Shown piece by piece: positions 9,936 through 21,006 of a stretch of 26,279 bases of DNA. Origin of the DNA: Octopus sinensis. Lineage: Eukaryota. The translations under genes were made by a program, and so were the position numbers. The notes beneath the pieces are model-generated. The model did not search any database, was not told the origin of the DNA, and saw nothing but the letters and a program-made list of their open reading frames with translations. The stretch is taken from assembly GCF_006345805.1 (NCBI RefSeq), contig NW_021835587.1, positions 1 to 26,279 on the forward strand, read 5' to 3'. The stretch's first letter is position 1. Each line of letters begins with the position of its first letter.

Positions 9936-9961
9936 TAATAATAATAATGATGATGATGATA

Positions 9962-10011
<50 letters not shown>

Positions 10012-10056
10012 AATAATAACAATAATAATAATAATAATAACAATAATAATAACAAT

Positions 10057-10100
<44 letters not shown>
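9859..10100. repeat. (AAT)n-(GAT)n-(AAT/AAC)n compound microsatellite
   Basis: Directly visible. Confidence 0.95.
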
Positions 10101-10101
<1 letters not shown>

Positions 10102-11185
10102 TTCATTTATTTGTCACCAGGGCAAATGATGAAGGGGCAATAAAGGGTCGGGGTTTACATCTAAGGAAATAATGAAAAATAAAAAATAATGAATGAAAGA
10201 AAGAAAGAAAGTTTACACGGGATACACTGAAAAAGAAGGGAGATATGGATAGCATTCAAAGGTTTAAAAAATGGCATGGAGTATGATGTGGCCCTCCTGA
10301 TAAATGGAAGGCATCTAGGGATAATCGAGTAACCCACTGTTTGAGATTTCCCTGAAACTCCAAGAGCAGGTGCTCTCTCTTATTCCTTCTCTCCGACTCA
10401 CAGGTTCACACTTAGAGAGGTACCATCCACTATTGCCATTTTCGCAACTTTCTCCCACTTTTCAATAAACTCACTCGAAGACAGCACTTCCTTCTCCTCT
10501 CTCAATTTCCTTTTCAAGTGAAACTTGAAGAAGTCAATGAGAGCTCTACCAAAGAGGAATGTATCTGTCCCCATGCCTTTCAGCCTTGACCACAAACAAT
10601 CTCTTTCGCCACAGCCATCAGGCAAAGGAAAACTACCTTGCCTGCCCGATTAAGGGAGGGCGGTGGGGCAATCATCATTATGGACTCAACTCTCAGACGG
10701 ATCCGTTCCACATGCGATAGCAGCTGTTCGACATAACCTCACAAGTTAGCAATGCCAGGACACTGAACGAGGGCGTGCAGAATGGTTTCGTCACTCTGCG
10801 CGCACCTCGAACAAGCCCGTCTGACAGCATGTCCGTGCCTGTAGAGTGTATCCCGAACCGGTAGCGCTCACAACTCCACCCTCGGTAGCACTGCCAGGCC
10901 AAGGACATCTGGAAATTATCCATGATATTTCCCCACCGGAAAGTCCTCCGGAACAGACTAGCCAGTTAGTTCTCGTTGGCGTCCAGGTTCTCCCAGAGAA
11001 CGTCGTCGCACTTCGCCGCCACTAATCCTCTATAAATTTCTAAAGCGGAACGTGCACCGATCCGATTGTCCGACAGATAGAAGGTCGTGAGCGCCTGACA
11101 TTCTAGTTGCCAGGTGCCCAGTCTCGTTCTTTTCTTCACCCAGGACTGCAGCTCCGTCAAGGAGACGAGCTGCGAAAAGACGACA
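10101..11185 (-). mobile_element. Tx1/L1-clade non-LTR retrotransposon, 3' fragment (ORF2 C-terminus plus 3' UTR)
   Basis: Frameshifted peptide FQMSLAWQCYRG..VRDTLYRHG..ACSRCAQSDETILHALVQC (C-x2-C-x8-H-x4-C)...FFKFHLKRK...FIEKW..., stop at 10398-10400. The 3' UTR ends AATAAATGAAA-(TTA)n. Confidence 0.75.
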
Positions 11186-11469
11186 AAGACAATGAAATTT
11201 TTGTAATACTAAGGTGTTTGGAATTAGCGTTTTGGGAATTTTACTGATAATAAAAGTTCCGGTACTGAACTATAAGCACTTCTATACACGCGTTAGGGTA
11301 AATATGTTCACTTTCAAGTAGTTCGTACTGTAGATCCGGTTTTAAATACAAAGCGAAGAATGGTCGTGCCGAGGGAGAGGCGCCGTTAGTTGAAATTCCG
11401 TTTCCAGTTATTTCCCGGCTTTCTAACGACACTCTAACACTCGAGTTCGAGCTACTTATGTACATACAC

Positions 11470-11808
11470 TCATAGACACGCACGCACGCACGCACACGCA
11501 CACACACACACATACATACATACACATACATACGCAAATACTTGCACACGCACACACACGCGCGCATACACATACGTACATACACACATGCATACACACA
11601 CACTCACATCTCATATTTACAAATCATCCATATGGTCGTAACTTCAGCCAGAAATGTCTCGTCATTTTGAAGTTGAACTAAGCGAAAAATTAAATAAATT
11701 TCAAAGAAAAGCATACATACTATAAGCGTACAAAGGTACATGCATGCATGCATACAGACATGGGTACATACATGCATACACATGTACACACACACATACA
11801 TACATACA

Positions 11809-11840
<32 letters not shown>

Positions 11841-11930
11841 CACATATGGATACAAATATACGTATGTGTGTGTGCATGTGTGTGTGTGTAAGTGTATGTC
11901 TGTGTGTGTGTGTGGTGTGTGTGTGTGTGT
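11470..11930. repeat. (CA)/(CATA)/(TG) compound microsatellites
   Basis: Directly visible, with an AT-rich interruption at ~11610-11715. Confidence 0.85.
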
Positions 11931-11944
11931 TTAGAGTGATATAT

Positions 11945-12458
11945 TTCTTATTTACTTTCAGTTCGAGAGCTGTGGCTATGCAGGGGCACTGCCGTTAGCC
12001 TTGTTACACTTCCACTAAACGTTCTCTGATACGTGGCATTTGGTGAATGAGTTTAACGTTGCTGCTCTTATCTAAGTTCCTTGCCGCTAGGAAGGTTCAA
12101 CCGAAACTGTTGACAGGAGGAGATCTAGCTTTGTTCTGAAGACACCTATATCTATCCCATGTAGGTCTCTCAGGCATTTTGGGAAGATATTGAAGAGCTG
12201 TGAACCCTTGAAACCCAACATGTGACAGTATCTGGTTCTGTTTCTTAATGGCGATGTTAGGAATTTTGGTACTATGCAGTGGTTACTAGTTCTGCTGTTT
12301 GTGTAACTAACAATGCCAAAGTTTGGTACAAGCTCTACTAGGATTTTCTAGATGTATATCACTACATATTTTCCCTCCTTCGTTCAAGGGAATAGTCTTA
12401 GCTTTTTCAATCTCTCCCAGTAGCTAACATGTCGCATTGAGACGATCTTTATGTAGCT
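11945..12458 (-). mobile_element. CR1/L2-like (Jockey group) LINE, 3' fragment
   Basis: Minus-strand peptide VSYWERLKKLRLF/LERRRE...KILVELVPNFGI...FKGSQLFNIFPKCLRDL...FRTKLDLLL. The 3' tail at 11951-11993 resembles the SINE tail. Confidence 0.8.
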
Positions 12459-12504
12459 TATATGTATATGTATATGCATATGTATATGTATATGTATATG
12501 TATA

Positions 12505-12930
12505 TGCCCCCGTGGCCATTAGGCACAACTTCACAAGCCAGCCCCATACTTACTCGTCCTGTCGAAAGACCCTTGTCCCACGTCCTGGTTTTGTTTTGTT
12601 GTTTATTATTTTTTATTTTTATTTTACCGTTATTGTTTTTACGTTTTTGTATTCTTATTGGTGTCACGTATTCTGTATTTTTGTTTATGTACTTCGTTCG
12701 TTTTCCGTCCTCGCGCTGTATACATTCGAAGCTTTCTTCCAGGGGATCTAATGCGCTTGGCTTAGATTTCCCTTGGCTGGCTGGCCATATCGGAGCAATC
12801 TCAAGATTAATCAGCCGAAATTGCTAAGATGATCTGGTTCTTGACTGATGACTGAGGGCTTCGAATGTCCCGTCCTGTGGTTCTTGTGTCGTCTCTGTGG
12901 TGTTTCATGTTCTTGTCCATGTCTGTAATT
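12505..12930 (+). other. Unclassified repeat-like non-coding segment with T-rich arm and structured core
   Basis: Sits between microsatellites. Hairpin at 12742-12772 and interleaved stems at 12779-12825. Possibly a retroelement UTR or terminal repeat (inference). Confidence 0.3.
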
Positions 12931-12934
12931 ATTT

Positions 12935-13130
12935 TTACTGTTTACCTATATATATATATATATATATATATACATACATATATATATATACATACATATA
13001 CATACATATACATACATACATACATACATATATACATACATACAAATATACATGCATACATACATACATACATACATACATACATACATACATACATACA
13101 TACATACATACATACATACATACATACATG
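12935..13130. repeat. (TA)n/(CATA)n
   Basis: Directly visible. Confidence 0.95.
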
Positions 13131-13139
13131 CACATATGA

Positions 13140-13341
13140 TGGCTATCAACTAGCTAGCAAAGCATCTTCCAATGAGAAGTTGACTACGAACTGATAGTTC
13201 GTACGAACGTGAGATTGGCAGTTGCTCATAAAGCCGGCGAGAGGCCAACAGGGTTTGCCGCAAAGACTTATGGATTTTCAGATGTCTCATAAGCCCGATG
13301 CGGCTCTTGGTAGACTTTGCTGCCTACATCACAGGTAACAC
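13140..13341 (-). mobile_element. RTE-like LINE 3' end with degenerate C2H2-type terminal motif
   Basis: Minus strand, one frameshift: [22 protein letters not shown], resembling the C-terminal C..C..KSRIGL.SH..H motif of RTE/BovB ORFs. Followed by a short UTR and (TATG)n. Confidence 0.45.
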
Positions 13342-13342
13342 C

Positions 13343-13460
13343 CATCCATCCATCCATCCATCTATCCATCCATCCATCCATCCATCCATCCATACATACA
13401 TACATACATACATACATACATACATACATACACACACATATACATACATGTATGCATGTA
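13343..13460. repeat. (CCAT)n(CATA)n
   Basis: Directly visible. Confidence 0.95.
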
Positions 13461-13499
13461 TGTATTATATTGTTGGGAACAAAATGAAAATAAGGGGTA

Positions 13500-16400
13500 A
13501 CATATTGGAATATCAATAATTGTATGTATATAAAGCTGTTGTTACTATTAAAAGGACATCTAGAAGATATCTGTAGTTTATGGAAGTAATGAAATAACTC
13601 TATGCCCAGGTGAATTATAAGATTTTAAGAAAACATGTAGAATTGAACGTTTAAAACATTGCCATATGTTGTGAAGGGAATAATAAGTTCACAGCAGACC
13701 AATAGGATCTTTTGACACAAGTTAAAATCTACCGAGATTCCCTACTTGAAACTTGTAAAGTAAAAATAAAAAGTAATTTTCATGCATCGACACAAAACGT
13801 TGAATGTCAAACTTTGTTGACGGTTTAAAACTATTACAAGGAGAGAAAAACTTCGACATTCAACTTCGATGTAGGATAGCTGCATCACGGGAAAGAAACA
13901 GTTGAAGAGAGATAACAGTTAGATATTAGTTCAATATGTTGATGTTCTACAAACTGTCAACAGACTAGATATTTATATGAATTCTGAAAAACCAGACTTA
14001 TATTCCAAAATTGGTCTGTCGTAGGAAGAACAAATCAACAACGGTCCAAGAATGTCTGGGTTGCCATTTTTCAATGCGACATGTTGTTGCTAAAACAACA
14101 TACTCTGCTTTAGTATTTATATAGAAAAATAATTCTTGTTGAATAAATAGATACATTTCTTGAGAAGAGATTTTGATGGTGCAGACCCATGGAAACATCC
14201 ACTCAGTGCAAATATGACAAGCCTTTTGTAGTTTGGATGAGTAAAAAGAAAAAGAAAAAGAAAAAAAAAGCAAATGTGTTGCTAAAGAAAGCAACCAGCC
14301 TGCTAGAATGACCATTTCATTGAAAATGACTAAGAAAGAGAATATTTAAGGACGACTCTTTCAAAACCCGCAGCTGCACATTATTGATTATAATACATGT
14401 TTATAATCATTGGTACTTCCATGGTCATGTTAGAAACCAAACTTATAAAGGGTTTGAGATGAAAAAAAAAAAGAATTAGCTAATATTTACTTTATATATA
14501 CAGTTTATAAATACTAGTATTCAATATATAACTTTTCACCGTTGTATAAATTTTAGAAATGGCGCTATGAATTTTTATATCTAACTAGCTCCTTTTTCAT
14601 AGGAATAATTCAAATATTTTATAAGAAATATAACATCAAGCATATACATACAAATATACACCTACATTCTTACTTACCTTCAAATTTATATATTTACAGA
14701 TAGACAGAGGAATAAAATGTGAATGGCATGAAAATCATTCTTAACTTGGTAATGACATTCTTAAAGGATATGGAGAGGAGTTTCATCAGAATAATCGTTC
14801 TTATTCGTTTGTGAAAAGGGGAAGATTTATAAACCAGTCTTGCAGTGTTTCAACAACCGCATGACTGTTTCTTCTATATCTGATGAGAGATGGATAAAAA
14901 ATCTAACCTGTAATGTGACTTGTAATAAGGAACGAGAACCGAATAAAAACGACGCTGTCGTAACTCATTGCGTGCAATAAAACAATACATGCTGGACTAT
15001 TTCACATACTAACATTTTGGATACTGGATTGAGAGTTAGAAGAGTACCGGGTTATTCATGTTAAAATACTAAAACTATAAACACCAGCGATTACCATATC
15101 GACAGTGATATAGTCAAAATTTAGTTAAAAGGAAAAGAACGAGGCACTGACTTAATATAGATTGTAATGGCTTTTTTGAATGATACATCATATTGCACTG
15201 AGAACATTTACTTAACCGCCACGTATCAACGGACGTTTAGAGCTTCTCATGTTTGAGGCAGATAACATGAGAATTGGTAAGAAGCTGATCGCAAAGTATG
15301 CCCAACCTCGTTGACCAGGAAACACGAGCAAAAGAGTTGCACAGCTACTGCAGGAGGTCATCAAACGAAAACCCAGATATATATCAGATGAAGGCCAAAC
15401 ATGACAATGATGTCATAGAGCTTTAAGGTGAGAGCGGCTTTTGAAGGAAAAGTTTTACATTACATAATATAAACAGGAAATATCTGATGAAAACAGGATA
15501 GAGGCATAGGCCAAAAACATTAATATAGAAAACTCATGATTAGTACTGAAGATATCGCTCACATCATAAGTAGATGTCCGAAAATGTCATTGCGATTTAA
15601 TCAACAATGAGAAATGCAATTTACAGAAATGTTAGGTGCATGCAAAAGGGGAGAATTCATTCGCAATATGCTCTGGTAGATTCGAACGTTAACATACTGA
15701 TCGCTGTTGTATTTCGTCATCAGAGAATATCTCCTCCCTTTAGATAATGTGTTCATAACAGAATGTTTTGAGAATAGGTTCGTTATTGTTTGGGCTGTCG
15801 CTGTTTTGCGTCCACCTCATAAATTATCATGATTAACGGACATCAGCACGCAGTAGCAAATAATTTGTTGATTACTATAAACAGCATGATAATATAGGCG
15901 TAGGAGTGGCTGTGTGGTAAGTAGCTTGCTAACCAACCACATGGTTCCGGGTTCAGTCCCACTGCGTGGTATTTTGGGCAAGTGTCTTCTGCTATAGCCT
16001 CGAGCCGACCAAAGCCTTGTGAGTGGATTTGGTAGACGGAAACTGAAAGAAGCCTGTCGTATATATGTATATACATATATATATATACACACATATATAT
16101 ATATGTATATATGTATGTGTGTTTATGTGTTTGTGTGTGTGTGTTTGTCCCTCTAGCATTGCTTGACAACCGATGCTGGTGTGTTTACGTCCCCGTCACT
16201 TAGCGGTTCGGCAAAAGAGACCGATAGAATAAGTACTGGGCTTACAAAGAATGAGTACCGGGGTCGATTTGCTCGACTAAAGGCGGTGCTCCAGCATGGC
16301 CGCAGTCAAATGACTGAAAACAAGTAAAAGAGTAAAGAGAACATCTCACGCTCTTGTTAGAAACATTGACCAGGTTCGGTAGCTTTGAATACGGAGACAC

Positions 16401-16900
16401 GCAATAAGGTCGAAACACTGAGATATCCCGAACTCTTCTTGCTTCAATGAATCACGTGATATGAACATATATTTTTCTAAGAATGAACAAATAAGGCATA
16501 AGTCATAATCATTCATAATGTGATGGTATATTAGTGAAAAGTCCTTGTCAAGACCTTAGTAAAATACAAGTACTACAGACTATACATTCAGGGACACGGA
16601 AAAGAAATCGTGTACAATAGTGAAAATAAGTTGCTCGTCAGATGTTGACGTAATATCAAAGGTTAGTGAAAAAGTAAACGTCGACGAACTGGTAATCTTT
16701 AGTTAGTTCACCTGGGTTATCTGAACCTATATTCCAGGTGTTGTAACTGCACGTAGCGAACTCGGGCACGTGACTAACTGCCTCAGTACCTATCTTGAAA
16801 AGTTGGGTTTCACAACAGCAGAAAGGACACGGCTAATTGAGAGATTACAGCTACATCAAAAGTACTGTGAAAATATATAAAACATATTCTCCAGAAGTAT
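13500..16900 (+). mobile_element. Very old, stop-riddled R4/Dong-like (REL-endonuclease) non-LTR retrotransposon relic, interrupted by a SINE
   Basis: Colinear peptide remnants: NGMKIILNLVMTFLKDM (14722), ILTFWILD*ELEE (15006), TEDIAHIISRCPKMS (15545, zinc-knuckle H..C half), DYTFRDTEKKSCTIVKISC...ELGHVTNCLSTYLEKLGF (16578-16812). The assignment of 13500-14700 is tentative. Confidence 0.55.
15897..16340 (+). mobile_element. Full-length tRNA-derived CORE-like SINE with internal (TA)/(TG) microsatellite
   Basis: A/B-box head (GGTTCAGTCC), TTGGGCAAGTGTCTT CORE-like block, microsatellite at ~16060-16145, tail GGCGGTGCTCCAGCATGGCCGCAGTCAAATGACTG. Confidence 0.9.
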
Positions 16901-17137
16901 TTAATAAGCGTATATACACACGTGTAAACATGGAAACGTTTGTATGTGTACATGAATATAACATGAAACATACAGATCAACGCATGCAATGAGCCGTGTC
17001 GGTACGCATGTCTATATGTCTATACACATACATGCTTACATAGTGCATACATACAAACGTACATGCATACATACACAAATACACATATGTGTATACATAT
17101 ATATATAAATACACACACACACACACACACTCACACA

Positions 17138-17168
<31 letters not shown>

Positions 17169-17200
17169 CATACACACACACACACTCACTCACACACAGA

Positions 17201-17340
17201 TGTGTGGTAGGAAGACTGCACATAGTTTGAGATTCAGTTCCACTATGTAGCATCTTGCGCAATGTCCTCTACTGCAGCCTCAGGCCAACTAAAACCTTCG
17301 GAGTGGATTTGGTAGACGGAAACTGAAAGAAGCCAGTCAT
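17201..17340 (+). mobile_element. 5' half of the CORE-like SINE, running into (TA)n
   Basis: tgtgtggtag...gagtggatttggtagacggaaactgaaagaagcc matches 15910-16057. Confidence 0.75.
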
Positions 17341-17341
17341 G

Positions 17342-17389
<48 letters not shown>

Positions 17390-17402
17390 CATACATACAT
17401 AC

Positions 17403-17443
<41 letters not shown>

Positions 17444-17450
17444 ATATATA

Positions 17451-18226
17451 CTAGGTATCCCACCAAAATGTATACACATTCAAAATAATTGTAAAGTAGG
17501 TGTTTATTAAAATACATTTAATTTTCAAAATTTGTGAGAATCTACAGACATTATTTTATTGTTTTGTCAACGTCTGTTTTCAAACTGAAGTCCGTTCTGG
17601 CTCAGGCACTGCTGACAACGCGAAGCAATGGAATCGCAAACATCACGAAACAATTCGTTTGGTATTTGTGTGCATTCTCGTTCAATGGCTACTTTCAAAT
17701 CAGCGACTATTGTAAGTTTGATTGCGTAGATTTTGTCATTTTGGTATCCCCATAAAAAAGTCTAGTGGTGTGAGGTCTGGTGAACACAGAGGGTATTCAA
17801 CGAAACCCCTTCTTCCAATAAATCTGTTTCGCAAGGAAGGATATAACATCACGATGGTAGTGTGGGAGTGTCCAATCTTGCTGAAAATAAAACTCACCTT
17901 CGAAGTCTTCTCTAATGCTTGGCATGAAAGACTGTTGCAAGTTTAAGTAAACGGGACCAGTCACAGTAGCGTCAAAAAAGAATGGTCCAATTAATCTTCT
18001 TGATGATAAGCCACACCACACTGTAACGCCTGGTAAATTAGCATGGTGTTCCACCGTAACATGCGGATTCTCTGGTCCCCAGTAGGTGCAATTGTGGCGA
18101 TTAATTCAACTATTTAATTTGAATGTGGCCTCATCACTCCACACAATCTTTGTTGGAAAGTGTGCATCCTCTACATATCGTGCCAAGTACCACTCGCAAT
18201 ACTGCACTCTTCGGTCTGGATCATCG
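17451..18226 (-). mobile_element. Tc1/mariner DD41D (rosa/Visitor)-type transposon, 3' part with terminal repeat
   Basis: Minus strand: [20 protein letters not shown]...[16 protein letters not shown]...FQQD...IGRRG..EYP..SPDLTPLDF. The end CTAGGTATCCCACCAAAATGTATACAC abuts TA in (TA)n. Confidence 0.8.
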
Positions 18227-18229
18227 ATT

Positions 18230-18944
18230 TTCGCAATGACAGAGACGAAGGAAAAGCGTACGTTCGTGAAATTCTGTTTTCTGCAGGGAAAAACGGTGGT
18301 CAAAACTTTTGTGAAGCTTCAGAGAGGTTACAACGATGTTGCTATGAGCAAAACACAAGTTTACGAGTGGTTTCCACGCTTAAGAAATGGTCATTTGTCG
18401 CTTGAAGACCAACCTCGTTTAGGACGACCGTCGACCTCCCGAACGAGTGAAAACATCGTGAAAATTCATGAACTGATCTTAGAAGACCGTCACCGAACAA
18501 TTGACGAATTTGTTGATATGACTGGTGTGTCCTGGAGCTCCAACAAATGAATTTTGAGCGAGGAATTGCGAATGACAGGAGTTGAAGGAAAATGTGTGCC
18601 TCTTTTGCTCACGGAAGATCAAAAGCAGTCACGATTGAATGCGTGTCGTCAACTGAAGGAACAGTTGGAAGTTGATCTGGAACTTTTTCGAAGGTCATCA
18701 CAGTTGACGAAAACTGGTGCTATGGAATTGTCAGATATGGATGAGGTGAAGAAAAAATGATGGAGCCATTAAAAACCATCATTTCGCAAGAGTTCCAGCA
18801 CTACTTCGAAAAGTGGAAAACGCGCCTGGACCGATGCATTGCTTCAAATAGAGAATACTTTGAAGGCGATAAAAGTGTAAATATCTAAAACAAACTGAAT
18901 AAAATAATACTGCAAAATTCCGGTTTCTCTTGGACGCCCCTTCG
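18230..18944 (+). mobile_element. Mariner (DD34D-type) transposon relic, internally deleted, 3' TIR only
   Basis: [15 protein letters not shown]...MSKTQVYEWF..EDQPRLGRPSTS...ITVDENWCYG, then a jump to ...KWKTRLDRCIASNREYFEGD. The end TTCCGGTTTCTCTTGGACGCCCCTTCG is followed by TA. Confidence 0.85.
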
Positions 18945-19009
18945 TACATACGTGTGTGTATGTGTGCGTGGATGTTTATGCTATTTTCGTGTGTGTATGT
19001 GTACTTTCT

Positions 19010-19750
19010 CTTTTCCCAGAAGGAAGAAAGTAGTTTCTAACAAGAAAGAAAATTTACTGGTATTTTTATTACAACAAAAATAATTGTTACTTATGGAGCT
19101 TTAAGAAAGATTTGCATTTTTATACTGTTCCACTTTTAGATTGCAATGGTCGCGTTATCTGGTCTCTTCCGTTGCTTGAAAACTCCACCTTCTCTAGACT
19201 GTCACGTAAATATTTACTAACGTAACCGAGTTCACCAGCAACTTTTTAATATCAATGAATATTTATAATCAGGTTAGTGGAATGTTAGTTTTCAAAGCAG
19301 TTGTCCATAAATATTCTCGTTCTCAATGATTTTAGAAGAAAGGTTTACATTTGCACGATAGCTAACGTCTATGACTGTTTATAACTTCTTTTCTCTCCCG
19401 CATAACTTTGTCAGATTTGTACACATTTGCACTTAGTAGTCGCTTTGATGGCAGTGTTCCACTACTATTCCTTATGCTCATACGTATGTATTCTATAACA
19501 GAGGAGTTCTTTATATTTATCTCAGAGCAATCTTTTCTACAGATAGCATTGCAATATTGCTTTGGTAGCAATCTGATGTTCTAGAGGCAGGCAGAATCTC
19601 GAGAATATTTTTCAGGTGCAGCTGATTGTATGTGTTATGTCATCTAAAACTGAATGACATTTGCTGTTGCCTCTTCGGATATTTAGTGCTACGGTGTACC
19701 ATTTCTTCATATTACATAGATACCTCCTGCTCTTGCGAGATGTGACCTCT
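19010..19750 (-). mobile_element. Second old R4/Dong-like relic (zinc knuckle plus REL endonuclease C-terminus)
   Basis: Minus strand: NSKCHSVLDDITHTISC, HKE**WNTAIK, KSDKVM, TVIDVSYRANVNLSSKIIENENIYGQLL, GELGYVSKYLRDSLEKVEF...SGTV*KCKSFLKL. Aligns with the 15545-16890 remnants. Confidence 0.7.
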
Positions 19751-19817
19751 ATGTATGTATGTATGTATGTATGTATGTATGTATGTATGTATGTATGTAT
19801 GTATGTATGTATGTATG

Positions 19818-19850
<33 letters not shown>
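19751..19850. repeat. (TATG)n
   Basis: Directly visible. Confidence 0.95.
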
Positions 19851-19851
<1 letters not shown>

Positions 19852-19964
19852 CACGTCTACATCTGAATGCATGCATGTGTATATATACATATATATGCCT
19901 ATATATATTTACTTGCCTGTGTATTTATGTATGTGCGTAAAAGTTTAATCGTATGTGACTCATG

Positions 19965-20047
<83 letters not shown>

Positions 20048-20450
20048 AGCAAATTTAACTTTTGGGGCAATTGTTTCGCTAAGTCTCATTATTAAATGTA
20101 AGCATTATGCAGTTCTTTATCGATGCTTTCTGCATTGATATTGAATTACTTAGCTGTCTGCTCAGCGTAATTTTGACCAGCCATTCAATGCCATACTTCA
20201 CATTGATGTACTACGATTCTTTATGAATATTATATAACCAAAATGTACGTTATGAGCGCGTGAGTGCGCGCGCGTGTGTGTGCGTGTATGCATGTGTGCG
20301 TGTGAATATGTATATGCATATAGGCATATACATATATATATGTACAAACATGCAAACACGCGCGTACACACACACGCGCGTATATATATGTATATACGTG
20401 TGTGTGTGTGGGCATACCGAGAAAGAGGGAGAGAGTGAGTGAGACAGAGT

Positions 20451-20482
<32 letters not shown>

Positions 20483-20800
20483 ACAGAGAGAGACAGAGAC
20501 GTACAGAAGAAGTGAGAGATCTACTAGTGAATGACAAACAGACAGACGGGAGAAGACAGGAAGTCAGTGCTCAGGCTGACAGGAAGATATAATATATATT
20601 ACGTTGGATCATTCTTCAGGAAATAGCGACAGCAGCAGCAGCAGTTGTTGTTTTTGTTACTGTGGTGGTTGTTTGTACGTGGTTGTAGTTTATTTCTATT
20701 ATAGTTGTATAGTCCTAGGTCGGCTCTGATTGAGTAGACCTATGATCGTAGGCTTTTCAATCGCGACCATGATGTTTCTTAACGGGCATATATCGCTACA

Positions 20801-21006
20801 TACTTTCTTGTAAAGGTGCAGGGCTTGAAATCTGGGGGAGAAGGTTAGTTGATTACATTGATCCCAGTATTCAGCTGGTACTTATTTTACCGACTACAAA
20901 AGAACGATAGGCAATGTCAACTTTCACGGAATTTGAACTCAGAACGTAAAAAAATGTCACTAAGCATTGTTTTCCGGCGTGCCGGGGGAATTCAACCAGC
21001 TCACCT
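20801..21006 (-). mobile_element. tRNA-derived Meta-domain SINE (diverged)
   Basis: Reverse complement aligns with 22911-23106 (gttctgagttcaaattcc...gtcggtaaaataagtaccagc). Confidence 0.7.

Noticed and set aside
11241-11460. Non-repetitive part of a 120-aa minus-strand ORF (…SLESREITGNGISTNGASPSARPF…)
   Set aside because: The ORF start lies in a (TG)n tract, with no recognisable motif or convincing splice sites.
12817-12866. GAAA ... CTGATGA arrangement suggesting a type II hammerhead
   Set aside because: Stem I and the G10.1-C11.1 pair of stem II cannot form.
15710-15723. Minus-strand CTGATGACGAAA (both hammerhead core boxes)
   Set aside because: No stem II between the boxes and no stem I/III pairing; probably chance.
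19140-19205. 66-nt exon-like segment (TTTTAG acceptor, GTAAAT donor, one open frame)
   Set aside because: It is the antisense strand of the R4-like endonuclease relic, and no partner exons or recognisable peptide were found.
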